A DNA stretch of 64,000 nt from Candidatus Parcubacteria bacterium. GTDB taxonomy: Bacteria; Patescibacteriota; Patescibacteriia; Patescibacteriales; UBA12465. The stretch spans positions 241,786-305,785 of the forward strand of contig JAEZRQ010000006.1 in NCBI GenBank assembly GCA_023444045.1. Direction: 5' to 3'. Shown here piece by piece: positions 8,766 through 18,070 of the stretch. Position 1 is the first letter of the stretch. Each line of letters opens with the position of its first letter. The position numbers and the translations under genes are program-made. Below the pieces are notes generated by a model. The model did not search any database and was not told the DNA's origin. It worked only from the letters and a program-made list of their open reading frames with translations.

Positions 8766-10613
8766 ATGACTATAACTGCTAACGAACTACGACAAAAATA
8801 TTTAGATTTTTTTAGAAGCAAGAATCATGCCATTATTGCTAGTGCTTCTTTAATTCCCGAAAATGATTCTACCTTACTTTTTACTAATTCCGGGATGTTT
8901 CCATTGGTCCCATATCTTCTAGGAGAAACTCATCCAGCTGGAGTTCGTTTAGTAGATAGTCAAAAATCTTTTAGAACTGAAGACATTGATGAGGTCGGTG
9001 ATTCTCGCCATAATACTTTTTTTGAAATGCTTGGTAACTGGTCGTTCGGTGATTATTTTAAAAAAGAACAATTAAATTGGTGGTATGAGTTTTTAGTTGA
9101 AGAATTAAAAATGGACCCTAGCCGACTATATCAAAGTGTTTATGCTGGTAGTGAAGATGCTAGGATCTCTAAAGACGAAGAGTCTATTGCTATCTTGAAG
9201 GAAATTTTTAATAAATATAGCGTTTCTTCTGAAGAAGGGCCAATTACCACCGGTAAAGGTGAGTTAGGTTCGGGCGAGGCTTGCGATTTTACTAAACAAA
9301 GAATTTTTGCGTATCGTGATAAAAATTGGTGGAAAAGGGGCGATGCTGTTGGCGAGCTTGGTGGTCCAGACAGTGAAACTTTTTATGATACTGGCAAAGA
9401 GCATGATTCTAAATTTGGCGCTCATTGCCATCCAAATTGTGATTGTGGTCGTTTTATAGAAATTGGTAATTCAGTATTTATGCAGTATCAGAAGACAGTA
9501 GATGGTTGGTCTGAATTAAAAAATAAAAATGTTGATTTTGGTGGCGGACTGGAAAGAATTTTAATGATTATCTCTGGTGAAAACAGTATCTTTAAAACGG
9601 ATTTATTTACTAGAATTATTACAAAAATTGAAGAACTCTCTGGGAAGAAATATGCTGATGACTTAAAATCATTTGAAGTTATTGCTGATCATCTTAAATC
9701 GGCTACTTTTATTATCGGTGATGACAAAGGGGTGGCACCTTCAAACACTGACCAGGGCTATATTGTGCGTCGTTTACTGCGTCGCGCCATCCGTTTTGGC
9801 CGCGGTTTAGGAATTACTAAAGAAATGTGGACCAAGGAAGTGGCTCAAGTAGTTATTGCTGATTATCAGTCTGTCTACCCAGAATTAGTTCGTAATCAAA
9901 AATTTATTGAAGATAATTTTGACAAAGAAGAGGATAAGTTTAACAGAACTTTAGAGAATGGTTTAAAAGAGTTTAATAAGATTTCTGGTGATATTGATGG
10001 CGTGTCTGCTTTTAACTTATATCAAAGCTATGGCTTCCCAGTAGAAATAACTGAAGAACTAGCCAAAGAGAAGGGCGCTAAAGTAGATTTAGATGGTTTT
10101 AAAGTTGAGCTTACTAAACATCAAGAATTATCCCGGACTGCTTCGGCTGGTAAATTTAAGGGAGGTTTAGCTGATTCCAGTGAAGCAACAACCAGATTGC
10201 ACACGGCCGCTCACTTACTGCTAGCCGCTTTAAGAATAGTCTTAGGTAATCATGTGACTCAAAAGGGAAGCAATATTACTGCCGAACGTCTACGCTTTGA
10301 CTTTTCGCATTCTGAGAAGATGACACCAGAACAGATTATTGAAGTAGAAAGATTGGTTAATGAGGCTATTAATGCCAAGATGGATGTTAGTTGCGAAGAA
10401 ATGACCTTAGGTCAGGCCAGGGAAGTTGGTGCTATGGGGGTTTTTGATTCAAAATATGAGGAGAGAGTTAAGGTTTACACTGCTGGTGACTTTTCTAAGG
10501 AGATTTGTGGTGGGCCGCATGTTAAAAATACTGGAGAATTAGGTAATTTTAAGATTAGTAAGGAAGAATCATCTAGTGCTGGGGTGCGAAGAATAAAAGC
10601 GGTTCTGTCTTAA
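8766..10613 (+). CDS. alaS: Alanine--tRNA ligase, short form (catalytic, tRNA-recognition and editing domains; no C-Ala domain)
   Basis: N-terminus ELRQKYLDFFRSKNHAIIASASLIP...LLFTNSGM. Editing-domain metal ligands HTAAHLL and CGGPHV. The protein ends about 25 aa after CGGPHV, at 615 aa. Confidence 0.9.
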   Translation: MTITANELRQKYLDFFRSKNHAIIASASLIPENDSTLLFTNSGMFPLVPYLLGETHPAGVRLVDSQKSFRTEDIDEVGDSRHNTFFEMLGNWSFGDYFKKEQLNWWYEFLVEELKMDPSRLYQSVYAGSEDARISKDEESIAILKEIFNKYSVSSEEGPITTGKGELGSGEACDFTKQRIFAYRDKNWWKRGDAVGELGGPDSETFYDTGKEHDSKFGAHCHPNCDCGRFIEIGNSVFMQYQKTVDGWSELKNKNVDFGGGLERILMIISGENSIFKTDLFTRIITKIEELSGKKYADDLKSFEVIADHLKSATFIIGDDKGVAPSNTDQGYIVRRLLRRAIRFGRGLGITKEMWTKEVAQVVIADYQSVYPELVRNQKFIEDNFDKEEDKFNRTLENGLKEFNKISGDIDGVSAFNLYQSYGFPVEITEELAKEKGAKVDLDGFKVELTKHQELSRTASAGKFKGGLADSSEATTRLHTAAHLLLAALRIVLGNHVTQKGSNITAERLRFDFSHSEKMTPEQIIEVERLVNEAINAKMDVSCEEMTLGQAREVGAMGVFDSKYEERVKVYTAGDFSKEICGGPHVKNTGELGNFKISKEESSSAGVRRIKAVLS

Positions 10614-10635
10614 GCCTTTTAGCTAATCATCGCTA

Positions 10636-10664
10636 TTGACAAGCTTTCAACTTCTCTCTATAAT
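10636..10664 (+). promoter_or_regulatory. Sigma-70-type promoter upstream of infA
   Basis: TTGACA (10636-10641), 17 nt spacer, TATAAT (10659-10664). Confidence 0.6.
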
Positions 10665-10756
10665 AATTTCATATTCAAGATGTCAAAATATAAGTTAATA
10701 TTTTTACCAAGAATTGATAAGGCTTAAAAGGTCTATATCAAATTTTTTTTGTCTTA

Positions 10757-11017
10757 ATGTCAAAACGTACCAAAGATAAAACCAAAAGCGAGGCCGAAAC
10801 AATGAATGCTAAGGATTTCATTGAGATTCAAGGTGAAGTTGAAGAACTTATGCCAGCGGCCACTTTTAAAGTTGTGCTTGAAAACGGTCATGAAATTTTA
10901 GCCCACTTATCAGGGAAAATGAGAATGAATAAAATCAGACTCCTGCCTGGTGACCGGGTTAAGGTCCAGATTAGCCCCTACGACCTTACAAAGGGAAGAA
11001 TCGTGTACCGTATGTAA
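10757..11017 (+). CDS. infA: Translation initiation factor IF-1
   Basis: S1-like core [64 protein letters not shown]. The alternative start at ATG 10802 would give the canonical ~71 aa length. Confidence 0.9.
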   Translation: MSKRTKDKTKSEAETMNAKDFIEIQGEVEELMPAATFKVVLENGHEILAHLSGKMRMNKIRLLPGDRVKVQISPYDLTKGRIVYRM

Positions 11018-11076
11018 TATAGCAAGGAAGTTCCCCGACTTCTGAAAAAAAAGATTAATAAATTTAAAAAAGCATT

Positions 11077-11190
11077 ATGAAAGTAAGAGCTAGTGCAAAA
11101 CCAATTTGTAAGGATTGCAAAGTTGTCCGCCGTGATGGCCGAGTACACGTTATTTGCAAGAACCCTAAACATAAACAAAGACAAGGATAA
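11077..11190 (+). CDS. rpmJ: 50S ribosomal protein L36 (bL36), zinc-binding form
   Basis: Not in the ORF track because it is under 60 aa. My translation is [37 protein letters not shown], 37 aa with stop TAA 11188-11190. Canonical infA-rpmJ-rpsM order. Confidence 0.9.
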   Translation: MKVRASAKPICKDCKVVRRDGRVHVICKNPKHKQRQG

Positions 11191-11247
11191 ATAAGGAAAG
11201 CAAATCGGCTGGTTTTTTATAATCCGACCGGTTAAGCTTAAAAAATT

Positions 11248-11640
11248 ATGGCTATTAGAATCGCAGGTGTAAACATTCCCATGGAGAAAAAAGCAACAAT
11301 CGCTTTAACTTATATTTATGGAATTGGTGACACTCGTTCCAGAAAAATTTTAAACGATGCTAAGGTTAACCCAGAGGCTCGCATGAAAGATTTGAAAGAA
11401 GCTGAGGTTAATGCTCTTCGTGAAATTATTGAAAAGAAATTTACTGTTGAAGGTGATCTTCGCCGTGAGGTTTCTAGCAATATTAAACGTTTAAAAGAAA
11501 TAAATTGTTACCGAGGTTCTCGTCACACTAAACATTTACCTTTACGTGGACAAAGAACTAAGACTAACAGTCGCACCGTTCGTGGTAACAAACGTGTCAC
11601 TGCTGTTAGCGGTAAAGCTAAAGCTGGTCTTAAGACTTAA
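11248..11640 (+). CDS. rpsM: 30S ribosomal protein S13 (uS13)
   Basis: [11 protein letters not shown]...[10 protein letters not shown] is a typical uS13 N-terminus. Operon context. Confidence 0.95.
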   Translation: MAIRIAGVNIPMEKKATIALTYIYGIGDTRSRKILNDAKVNPEARMKDLKEAEVNALREIIEKKFTVEGDLRREVSSNIKRLKEINCYRGSRHTKHLPLRGQRTKTNSRTVRGNKRVTAVSGKAKAGLKT

Positions 11641-11684
11641 TGATTAGTTTTTATCTCTGATAAAATGATCTAATTTTATAAACT

Positions 11685-12299
11685 ATGTCTGATGAAAAGA
11701 AACAATTGGAAGAAGAAATTACTCCAGTTAAAAAAGAAAATAATTCAAATGAAGCTCAGTTAACTGAGGAAGTTGTTGAAATTAAAACTGACCTTGATAA
11801 AGAAGACCGCGAAGAACTTGATCGTGGTTTTTCCATGGATTCAGTTGATGAAGAACTACCTGAAGAAATTAAACAGAAGCTAGAGAAGAATAAACAGGCT
11901 AGAGCTAAGAAGAAATTGGTTAAGAAACGCAAAAAGAAAACTGATAAGGTAGTTAAAATCGGTCGTGCTTATATCAACGCTACTTACAACAATACCATGA
12001 TCTCTTTAACTGATAATAATGGTGATGTTATTTCTTGGGCTAGTGCTGGTATGGCTGGTTTTAAGGGGGCTAAAAAAGCAACTCCTTATGCGGCTCAAAT
12101 CATTACTAAAATTGCTTGCCAAAAAGCTAAAGAAGAATATGGACTGGAAGAGGTAAGCGTGTTCGTTTCTGGCGTTGGCACTGGTCGCGAAGCGGCTATC
12201 CGCGCTCTAAATGCTAATGGTTTAAATGTTACTGCTATTAAAGATACTACTTCAGTACCACACAATGGTTGTCGCCCTAAGAAACCAAGACGCGTTTAA
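11685..12299 (+). CDS. rpsK: 30S ribosomal protein S11 (uS11) with a ~75 aa charged N-terminal extension
   Basis: The core [18 protein letters not shown]...[13 protein letters not shown] is canonical uS11. The ORF is continuous from ATG 11685, only 44 nt after rpsM. Confidence 0.9.
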   Translation: MSDEKKQLEEEITPVKKENNSNEAQLTEEVVEIKTDLDKEDREELDRGFSMDSVDEELPEEIKQKLEKNKQARAKKKLVKKRKKKTDKVVKIGRAYINATYNNTMISLTDNNGDVISWASAGMAGFKGAKKATPYAAQIITKIACQKAKEEYGLEEVSVFVSGVGTGREAAIRALNANGLNVTAIKDTTSVPHNGCRPKKPRRV

Positions 12300-12324
12300 T
12301 AATTAAGTAATCCACGAAATAAAT

Positions 12325-12954
12325 ATGGCAAAAAATTTAGAATCACAATGCAAACAATGTCGCCGTGCCGGTGAGAAACTATTTCTTAAAGGAGATCGCT
12401 GTCTTTCGGCTAAGTGTGGTTTAGTAAAACGCAATACCGTTCCTGGTTTTCATGGCCCTAAAGGACGTAAGCGTTTATCTGGTTATGGTTTACAGTTAGC
12501 TGAAAAACAAAAAGCCAGAAAATACTATAATTTAATGGAAAAGCAGTTCCGCTTAACCTTTGATAAGGCTAAAAAGAAAGCTGGTGATGCCGGTAAGAAC
12601 TTCTTAAGAATGTTAGAATCTCGCTTGGATAATACTGTTTTCCGTTTAGGTCTAGCAACTTCTCGTTATGAATCACGCCAAGTTGTTGGTCATGGACACA
12701 TTACTGTTAATGGTAAGAAAGTAGACATTCCTTCATATCTTGTAAAATCCGGTGACGTAATTGCTATTCGCAAACAAAGCGCTAATAATGGTTACTTCAA
12801 GAGAATTTTAGAAGAAAGAAAAAATGTTGAAAGACCAAGTTGGTTAAATTGGGACGCTGCTTCTAAGAGCGCTAAAGTGTTACACGAACCAGCTGACACT
12901 GATTTACCAGCAGATATCAACGTTCAAGTTATTATTGAGTTTTATTCTAAATAA
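12325..12954 (+). CDS. rpsD: 30S ribosomal protein S4 (uS4)
   Basis: Cys-rich N-terminus CKQCRRAGEKLFLKGDRCLSAKC and S4 domain LDNTVFRLGLATSRYESRQVVGHGHITVNG. Confidence 0.95.
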   Translation: MAKNLESQCKQCRRAGEKLFLKGDRCLSAKCGLVKRNTVPGFHGPKGRKRLSGYGLQLAEKQKARKYYNLMEKQFRLTFDKAKKKAGDAGKNFLRMLESRLDNTVFRLGLATSRYESRQVVGHGHITVNGKKVDIPSYLVKSGDVIAIRKQSANNGYFKRILEERKNVERPSWLNWDAASKSAKVLHEPADTDLPADINVQVIIEFYSK

Positions 12955-13001
12955 TTTATTGGTCACCTGTTCTTTCGCTGGTATTTAAAACCGGCAGCAA
13001 T

Positions 13002-13811
13002 GTGACAATACAATATATGCAAAACATCGCTTTACCTAAAAAAATAGACTTTAAAGCTGGTAGTGAAGCCGGAGAGGGTCAAATTATTGTTGAACCTTTA
13101 TATTCCGGTTATGGAATGACTTTAGGAAATTCATTGCGCCGAGTTTTACTTTCTTCTTTACCTGGAGCTGCGGTTATTGGTGTCAAAATCAAAGGAGTTA
13201 GTCATGAATTTATGGCTCTTCCTGGTGTTAAAGAGGATGTTTTAGAAATAATTCTTAATTTAAAGCAGTTACGTCTTAAGATGTTTACTGAAGATGAAGT
13301 AACTTTAGTGTTAAAAGCTAAAGGACAAGGTGAAGTTACAGCTGCTAATATTGAAAAGAATAGTGACGTTGAAATTAAAAATCCAGAACTTGTTATCGCC
13401 CACTTAACTGAAGCCAGCGCTTCTTTAGAAATGGAAATTCTTGTTAAAGAAGGACGCGGCTATAAAATGTCAGAAGGCGGAAAACGTGATAATGAGATTG
13501 GTTACATTGAAATTGATTCGATTTTCTCTCCAGTATTGTCAGTGAGCATTGATGTTGAAAATGCTCGTGTTGGTAAAATGACTAACTGGGATAAACTCGT
13601 TTTAAATATTAAAACTGATAAAACAATTACTCCAGAAGAAGCTTTTGAACAATCGGTCAAAATTTTAGTTGATCAATTTTCAGCCTTACTCCCAGGATCT
13701 TTAGCTGCATCAGCCCCGATCGCAGATGAGGAGACTATTTCTGAAGATGATTCAGAAGAAGAGGAAGTTGCTTTAGAAGAAGTAAAGCCTAAAAAGAAGG
13801 CTAAAAAATAA
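13002..13811 (+). CDS. rpoA: DNA-directed RNA polymerase alpha subunit, N-terminal domain only plus an acidic tail (no recognisable alpha-CTD)
   Basis: NTD strings EPLYSGYGMTLGNSLRRVLLSSLPGAAV and IDSIFSPV. The protein ends at 269 aa with ...ADEETISEDDSEEEEVALEEVKPKKKAKK. The GTG start at 13002 is uncertain; ATG 13017 is possible. Confidence 0.85.
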   Translation: MTIQYMQNIALPKKIDFKAGSEAGEGQIIVEPLYSGYGMTLGNSLRRVLLSSLPGAAVIGVKIKGVSHEFMALPGVKEDVLEIILNLKQLRLKMFTEDEVTLVLKAKGQGEVTAANIEKNSDVEIKNPELVIAHLTEASASLEMEILVKEGRGYKMSEGGKRDNEIGYIEIDSIFSPVLSVSIDVENARVGKMTNWDKLVLNIKTDKTITPEEAFEQSVKILVDQFSALLPGSLAASAPIADEETISEDDSEEEEVALEEVKPKKKAKK

Positions 13812-13832
13812 ATTAAGCTTCAGTAGATTTAT

Positions 13833-14183
13833 ATGAGACACAGAAATAAAAATAAAATTTTAGACAGACAAAAGGGACCACGTGAGCTTATGCTACGCAA
13901 CCTTGCTTCCAGTATTATTCTTTATGAAAAAGTAAAGACTACTGCCGCTAAAGCCGCTGCCGTCAGACCATTAGTAGAAAAAGTGATTACTATTTCTAAA
14001 GTTGGTGATTTGGCTGCTAGACGAAGTTTACTTGAAGTATTACTTCAAAAAAACGCTGTTTTGAAGGCAATGGAAGTTTTAGGTGTTCGCTACAAAGAAC
14101 GCAATGGTGGTTATACCAGAACTATTAAATTAGGAGCTCGTCAAGGCGATGGCGCCTCAATGGTTCAAATTGAGTTGGTTTAG
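13833..14183 (+). CDS. rplQ: 50S ribosomal protein L17 (bL17)
   Basis: MRHRNKNKILDRQKGPRELMLRNLASSII... is typical of bL17. Follows rpoA. Confidence 0.95.
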   Translation: MRHRNKNKILDRQKGPRELMLRNLASSIILYEKVKTTAAKAAAVRPLVEKVITISKVGDLAARRSLLEVLLQKNAVLKAMEVLGVRYKERNGGYTRTIKLGARQGDGASMVQIELV

Positions 14184-14205
14184 TTTAATAAATTCGTTTA
14201 GACTT

Positions 14206-14562
14206 ATGAAAAACATTGAAAGAAAATTACATAAAATCGACGCCACTGAACAAGCTATCGGCAGAATGGCTAGCGAAATCGCTATTTTGCTTAGGGGTAA
14301 AAATAAACCTGAATATCAGCCACATTTAGACTTAGGAGACATGGTAGAAGTTTCAAACATTGATAAAGCAAAATTCACTGGTCGTAAATTTGAACAAAAA
14401 AATTATTTTTCCTTTACCGGATACATTGGTGGTCTAAAGACCAGAAAAATGTCAGAAGTATTTTCTAAAAATCCAGGGGAGGTTTTATTTAGAGCCGTTA
14501 AGCAGATGTTGCCAGCCACTAGATTGCGCAATGATATGCTAAAGCGTCTTGTTATCAAATAA
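14206..14562 (+). CDS. rplM: 50S ribosomal protein L13 (uL13)
   Basis: IDATEQAIGRMASEIAILLRGKNKPEYQPHLDLGD is typical of uL13. Start set to ATG 14206 (MKNIERK) because the track ORF start at 14149 overlaps rplQ. Confidence 0.9.
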   Translation: MKNIERKLHKIDATEQAIGRMASEIAILLRGKNKPEYQPHLDLGDMVEVSNIDKAKFTGRKFEQKNYFSFTGYIGGLKTRKMSEVFSKNPGEVLFRAVKQMLPATRLRNDMLKRLVIK

Positions 14563-14573
14563 TTTTGAAAATT

Positions 14574-15038
14574 ATGTCTGAGAAAAAAACTGTTAAAGAA
14601 AAGGAAATTAAGCCGGAAGTTGAAAAAACTGAAAGTGTTGAATTTACCGGTAAATATATTAAGGCAATTGGTCGTCGCAAGACTTCAGTTGCTCAGGTCC
14701 GCCTTTACACTGAAGATGCTAAAGGGGCGGTAGTAGCTAATGGTGTGAAACTTAATAAATACTTCAATAATGATTTAGCGGCCGTTGCTATGCAACCAAT
14801 GAAAGCTACTGGTCATGTTCGTGATATTAATGTTTCTATTATTGTTAAAGGCGGTGGTACTATTGGTCAGGTAGAGGCAATTCGTCACGGTATTGCTCGC
14901 GCAATTTTAGCTCTTGACCCTGAATCAAAAGAAGCTTTGAAGGTTAATGGCTTCTTAACTCGCGACCCTCGTGCCAAAGAAAGAAAGAAACCTGGACTTA
15001 AGGCTGCCCGTAAGGCTCCACAATGGTCAAAACGTTAA
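14574..15038 (+). CDS. rpsI: 30S ribosomal protein S9 (uS9)
   Basis: GRRKTSVAQVRL...GGGTIGQVEAIRHGIARAIL...RKKPGLKAARKAPQWSKR is canonical uS9. rplM-rpsI pair. Confidence 0.95.
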   Translation: MSEKKTVKEKEIKPEVEKTESVEFTGKYIKAIGRRKTSVAQVRLYTEDAKGAVVANGVKLNKYFNNDLAAVAMQPMKATGHVRDINVSIIVKGGGTIGQVEAIRHGIARAILALDPESKEALKVNGFLTRDPRAKERKKPGLKAARKAPQWSKR

Positions 15039-15063
15039 TTTTTACCTCATCAAATACATCGAG

Positions 15064-15090
15064 AAAGTCCCTTTATCGGGGGCTTTTTTG
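15064..15090 (+). terminator. Rho-independent terminator after rpsI
   Basis: AAAGTCCC-tttatc-GGGGGCTTTTTT. Confidence 0.7.
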
Positions 15091-15125
15091 TTTATAAAAA
15101 CAAAGAATGTTATAATAACCATACT

Positions 15126-16232
15126 ATGAGTGATAAATCCAAAATAATTGAAGACTTGGCAGTAAAGTTAGCGGATCTGGAGACAATTTTAGATTTACCC
15201 GCTAAACGATTATTAATTGACCGCAATAAAGCTTTGCAAAATAAGCCTGATTTTTGGACTAATCAAGAGAAGGCCGTGGAAGTTGGTCAAGAAACAGAAA
15301 GATTAAATGCTCAAATTGCCCCTTTTGATAAGATGGCTAAAGATTTAAATGACACTGCTAGTTTATTAACTATGGCGGAATCAGAAAATGAGGCAGACCT
15401 ACTTTTAGAATTGGATCAAAAAATTATTGATCTTCAGGCAGAATTTAAAGATCTAGAGTTTTATTCGCTGCTTTCTGGTACTTATGATAATGGTCCGGCA
15501 ATCGTTTCTATTCATGCCGGCACTGGCGGCGTTGATGCACAGGATTTCGCCCAGATGCTTGAGCGCATGTATCTTCGTTTCTGTGAGGCTAATAATTTTA
15601 AGGTGGAAATTCTAGAGAGAACTATTGCCAATGAAGCGGGAATAAAGAGTATGATGATGCGTATTTCCGGTCCTTTTGCTTATGGCTATCTCCAAAGTGA
15701 AAATGGGGTTCACCGTTTAGTGCGTATTTCACCCTTTGACGGCGAATCACTGCGCCAAACCTCCTTTGCTTTAGTTGAGGTGATGCCGGAGTTACCAGAT
15801 AGTGCTGGGATTGAAGTGCGCGATGAAGATTTAAAAGTCGATGTCTATCGTTCTAGTGGACCTGGTGGTCAAAATGTGAATAAAACCGAATCGGCGATTA
15901 GGATTACTCACATACCATCTGGAATCGTAGTTGCTTGTCAGACAGAACGTTCGCAACACCAGAACCGGGAAATTGCCATGAAAATTTTATATGCCAAGTT
16001 ATATCAATTAGCACTAGAGGAGAGAAGTGGTGAGCTACAAAAAATCAAGGGAGCAACACAAATAGCTGCTTGGGGTCGTCAAATTCGTTCCTATGTCTTA
16101 CAACCGTATCAAATGGTTAAAGATCATCGCACTGAATATGAAACTTCTAATGTCAGCGGTGTTTTTGACGGTGATTTAAAAGCTTTTATGGAAGAGTATT
16201 TACGCTTTAAGAAAAATAAAGAAAAAATTTAA
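15126..16232 (+). CDS. prfB: Peptide chain release factor 2, encoded as one uninterrupted ORF
   Basis: SPF tripeptide (RISPFDGE) and GGQ motif (SGPGGQNVNKTESAIRITH). 368 aa in a single frame with no internal UGA frameshift site. Confidence 0.9.
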   Translation: MSDKSKIIEDLAVKLADLETILDLPAKRLLIDRNKALQNKPDFWTNQEKAVEVGQETERLNAQIAPFDKMAKDLNDTASLLTMAESENEADLLLELDQKIIDLQAEFKDLEFYSLLSGTYDNGPAIVSIHAGTGGVDAQDFAQMLERMYLRFCEANNFKVEILERTIANEAGIKSMMMRISGPFAYGYLQSENGVHRLVRISPFDGESLRQTSFALVEVMPELPDSAGIEVRDEDLKVDVYRSSGPGGQNVNKTESAIRITHIPSGIVVACQTERSQHQNREIAMKILYAKLYQLALEERSGELQKIKGATQIAAWGRQIRSYVLQPYQMVKDHRTEYETSNVSGVFDGDLKAFMEEYLRFKKNKEKI

Positions 16233-16258
16233 ATAGTTATCATTTTCGCTTTGTTATA

Positions 16259-17692
16259 TTGAGGTCTATGTGGGCCTCATTTTTTTTATTTTTTAACCTG
16301 GGAATAATTGGCGGTGTGGCGGTAGCTTCCTTTGGAATATCGCCGCTTATTTTTAATTACTTGTTTCTAATTATTCCTTTTCAGTTTAAAAAAATAAAGA
16401 TTATTTTACTTTTTATTTTAGCCCTTTATTTAGGTTATTTTCGCTATGAAAATTATTATGCCGTTCATAGTGTCGTTGACTTAACTAAGTACAACAATCA
16501 AAAAGTAGTACTAGAAGGAGTTATTAATGAAGAGGTTGATCCAGGCGGCAATTATCAAAAATTAATTGTTAAAGTTTCTAAGGTTAATGATGAAAATAGT
16601 GATGGCTTGGTACTTGTTAGTCTAGCTAAATACCCTGAATACCGCTATGGTGATGTTTTAAAAATAAGTGGCAAGTTAGAAAGTCCCGAGAATTGGTCGG
16701 CTTTTCGTTATGACAGATATCTAGCTAGATATGATATTTATTCCACGATGTCTTGGCCGCAGATAGAGAAGTTGGGTTATCAAAATGATTTTTACCGCAA
16801 ACTAATGAGCTTTAAGGAGAAGATTTATCGCACTATTAATAAAGCCTTGCCGGAACCAGAGGCAGGATTGGCTAATGCTTTACTTCTAGGATATAAAGGA
16901 ACACTTGATGGTGAAGAAAAAAATAACTTTGCTTGTTGTGGCTTGAGCCATGTGATTGCTATTTCTGGGTCCCATTTAACATTATTAGCCGGATTGCTAA
17001 TTGCTATTCTTTCTAAGATTGGTTTATCTGGTAAAAAAGGATTTTTACTGGTACTGGCATTTGTTTGGTTTTACACTTTTTTTACAGGACTACAAACTTC
17101 TGCTTGGCGTTCGGCAATTATGATTACCGTTACTTTGTGGGAAACGATTAATGGCCGCAAAAACAACGGCGGCTCTTTACTGTTTTTTGCCGCTGCTTTA
17201 ATGCTTTTAATTAACCCATTACTTTTAAGGGATGATCTTGGTTTTCAGTTGTCTTTTTTGGCGATGATTGCTCTAATCTATTTTCAACCTTTAGGTGAGA
17301 GAATATTGGGTCAGGGAAGTGTTAAAAGTATTCTCAGCTTAACAATTTTTTCTCAACTGTTAACCTGGCCAATTTCCGCTTTCAACTTTGGCACCTTTTC
17401 GGTTATTGCGCCACTAGCTAATTTAGTAGTTGTTTGGCTCTTTACTTGGCTGCTACCAGCTCTGTTGTTTGCTTCAGTGTTATCTTTAATTATTCCAAGT
17501 TTTAAATTACTATTATTTGCGCCGTCATATTTAATGCTGGTTTATGTTACTAAGGCCGGTGATTATTTAGCAAAATGGCCCCATGCTTGTCTTAATTGGC
17601 AAATTACCTGGCAATTTATGGTTTTTTATTATTTAGTTTTAGGGGTGGTTTATTTTTTAACTAACCGGCTTATCAACAAAAAAACACCCTGA
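16259..17692 (+). CDS. comEC: ComEC/Rec2-family DNA-uptake channel protein, short form without a C-terminal metallo-beta-lactamase domain
   Basis: 477 aa polytopic protein. An OB-like N-terminal segment is followed by the competence-domain string CCGLSHVIAISGSHLTLLAGL. The ORF ends after the transmembrane region. The start may be TTG 16259 or ATG 16268. Confidence 0.8.
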   Translation: MRSMWASFFLFFNLGIIGGVAVASFGISPLIFNYLFLIIPFQFKKIKIILLFILALYLGYFRYENYYAVHSVVDLTKYNNQKVVLEGVINEEVDPGGNYQKLIVKVSKVNDENSDGLVLVSLAKYPEYRYGDVLKISGKLESPENWSAFRYDRYLARYDIYSTMSWPQIEKLGYQNDFYRKLMSFKEKIYRTINKALPEPEAGLANALLLGYKGTLDGEEKNNFACCGLSHVIAISGSHLTLLAGLLIAILSKIGLSGKKGFLLVLAFVWFYTFFTGLQTSAWRSAIMITVTLWETINGRKNNGGSLLFFAAALMLLINPLLLRDDLGFQLSFLAMIALIYFQPLGERILGQGSVKSILSLTIFSQLLTWPISAFNFGTFSVIAPLANLVVVWLFTWLLPALLFASVLSLIIPSFKLLLFAPSYLMLVYVTKAGDYLAKWPHACLNWQITWQFMVFYYLVLGVVYFLTNRLINKKTP

Positions 17693-17711
17693 AAACTCCA
17701 GGGTGCTTTTT
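17685..17711. terminator. Bidirectional terminator between convergent comEC and rpmB
   Basis: CACCCTG-aaaactc-CAGGGTG with flanking A/T runs. Overlaps the comEC stop codon. Confidence 0.7.
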
Positions 17712-17725
17712 ATAATTTTAAAAAA

Positions 17726-17911
17726 TTATTTAACTGCCTTAGCGTCTTTAGCCGCTGTTCTTAAACAAGAAGTACAAACCTTAACCTTCATACCATCAAT
17801 ATTTTTGGTTTGTAAATTAATTTCTTGTCTTTTTAGAGTTTTAATTTTGGAATGAGAACGGGTAGCTCCTTTCATAGAACCACGTCCACATAAATCACAG
17901 GTTTTTCCCAT
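17726..17911 (-). CDS. rpmB: 50S ribosomal protein L28 (bL28)
   Basis: MGKTCDLCGRGSMKGATRSHSKIKTLKRQEINLQ... is typical of bL28. Start trimmed to the MGKTC methionine. Confidence 0.85.
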   Translation of the reverse strand: MGKTCDLCGRGSMKGATRSHSKIKTLKRQEINLQTKNIDGMKVKVCTSCLRTAAKDAKAVK

Positions 17912-18070
17912 ATTTGTTGATATTATCACGCTCGCTCACCTAATTTATTAAGACGGGTTTTGCGTAAACTATGATAGCTTTTTATTTCTAATATTTCAGA
18001 GCTAATTCTAACAGAGTTTTAAAAATTAATCAAGATATGCTAGAATTATTAAATAATTTATTATTTTTTT

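Noticed and set aside
15126-16232. Programmed +1 frameshift in prfB.
   Set aside because: The RF2 ORF is continuous from its ATG, with no early in-frame UGA or CUU UGA site. This is simply a non-frameshifted prfB, as occurs in a minority of bacteria.
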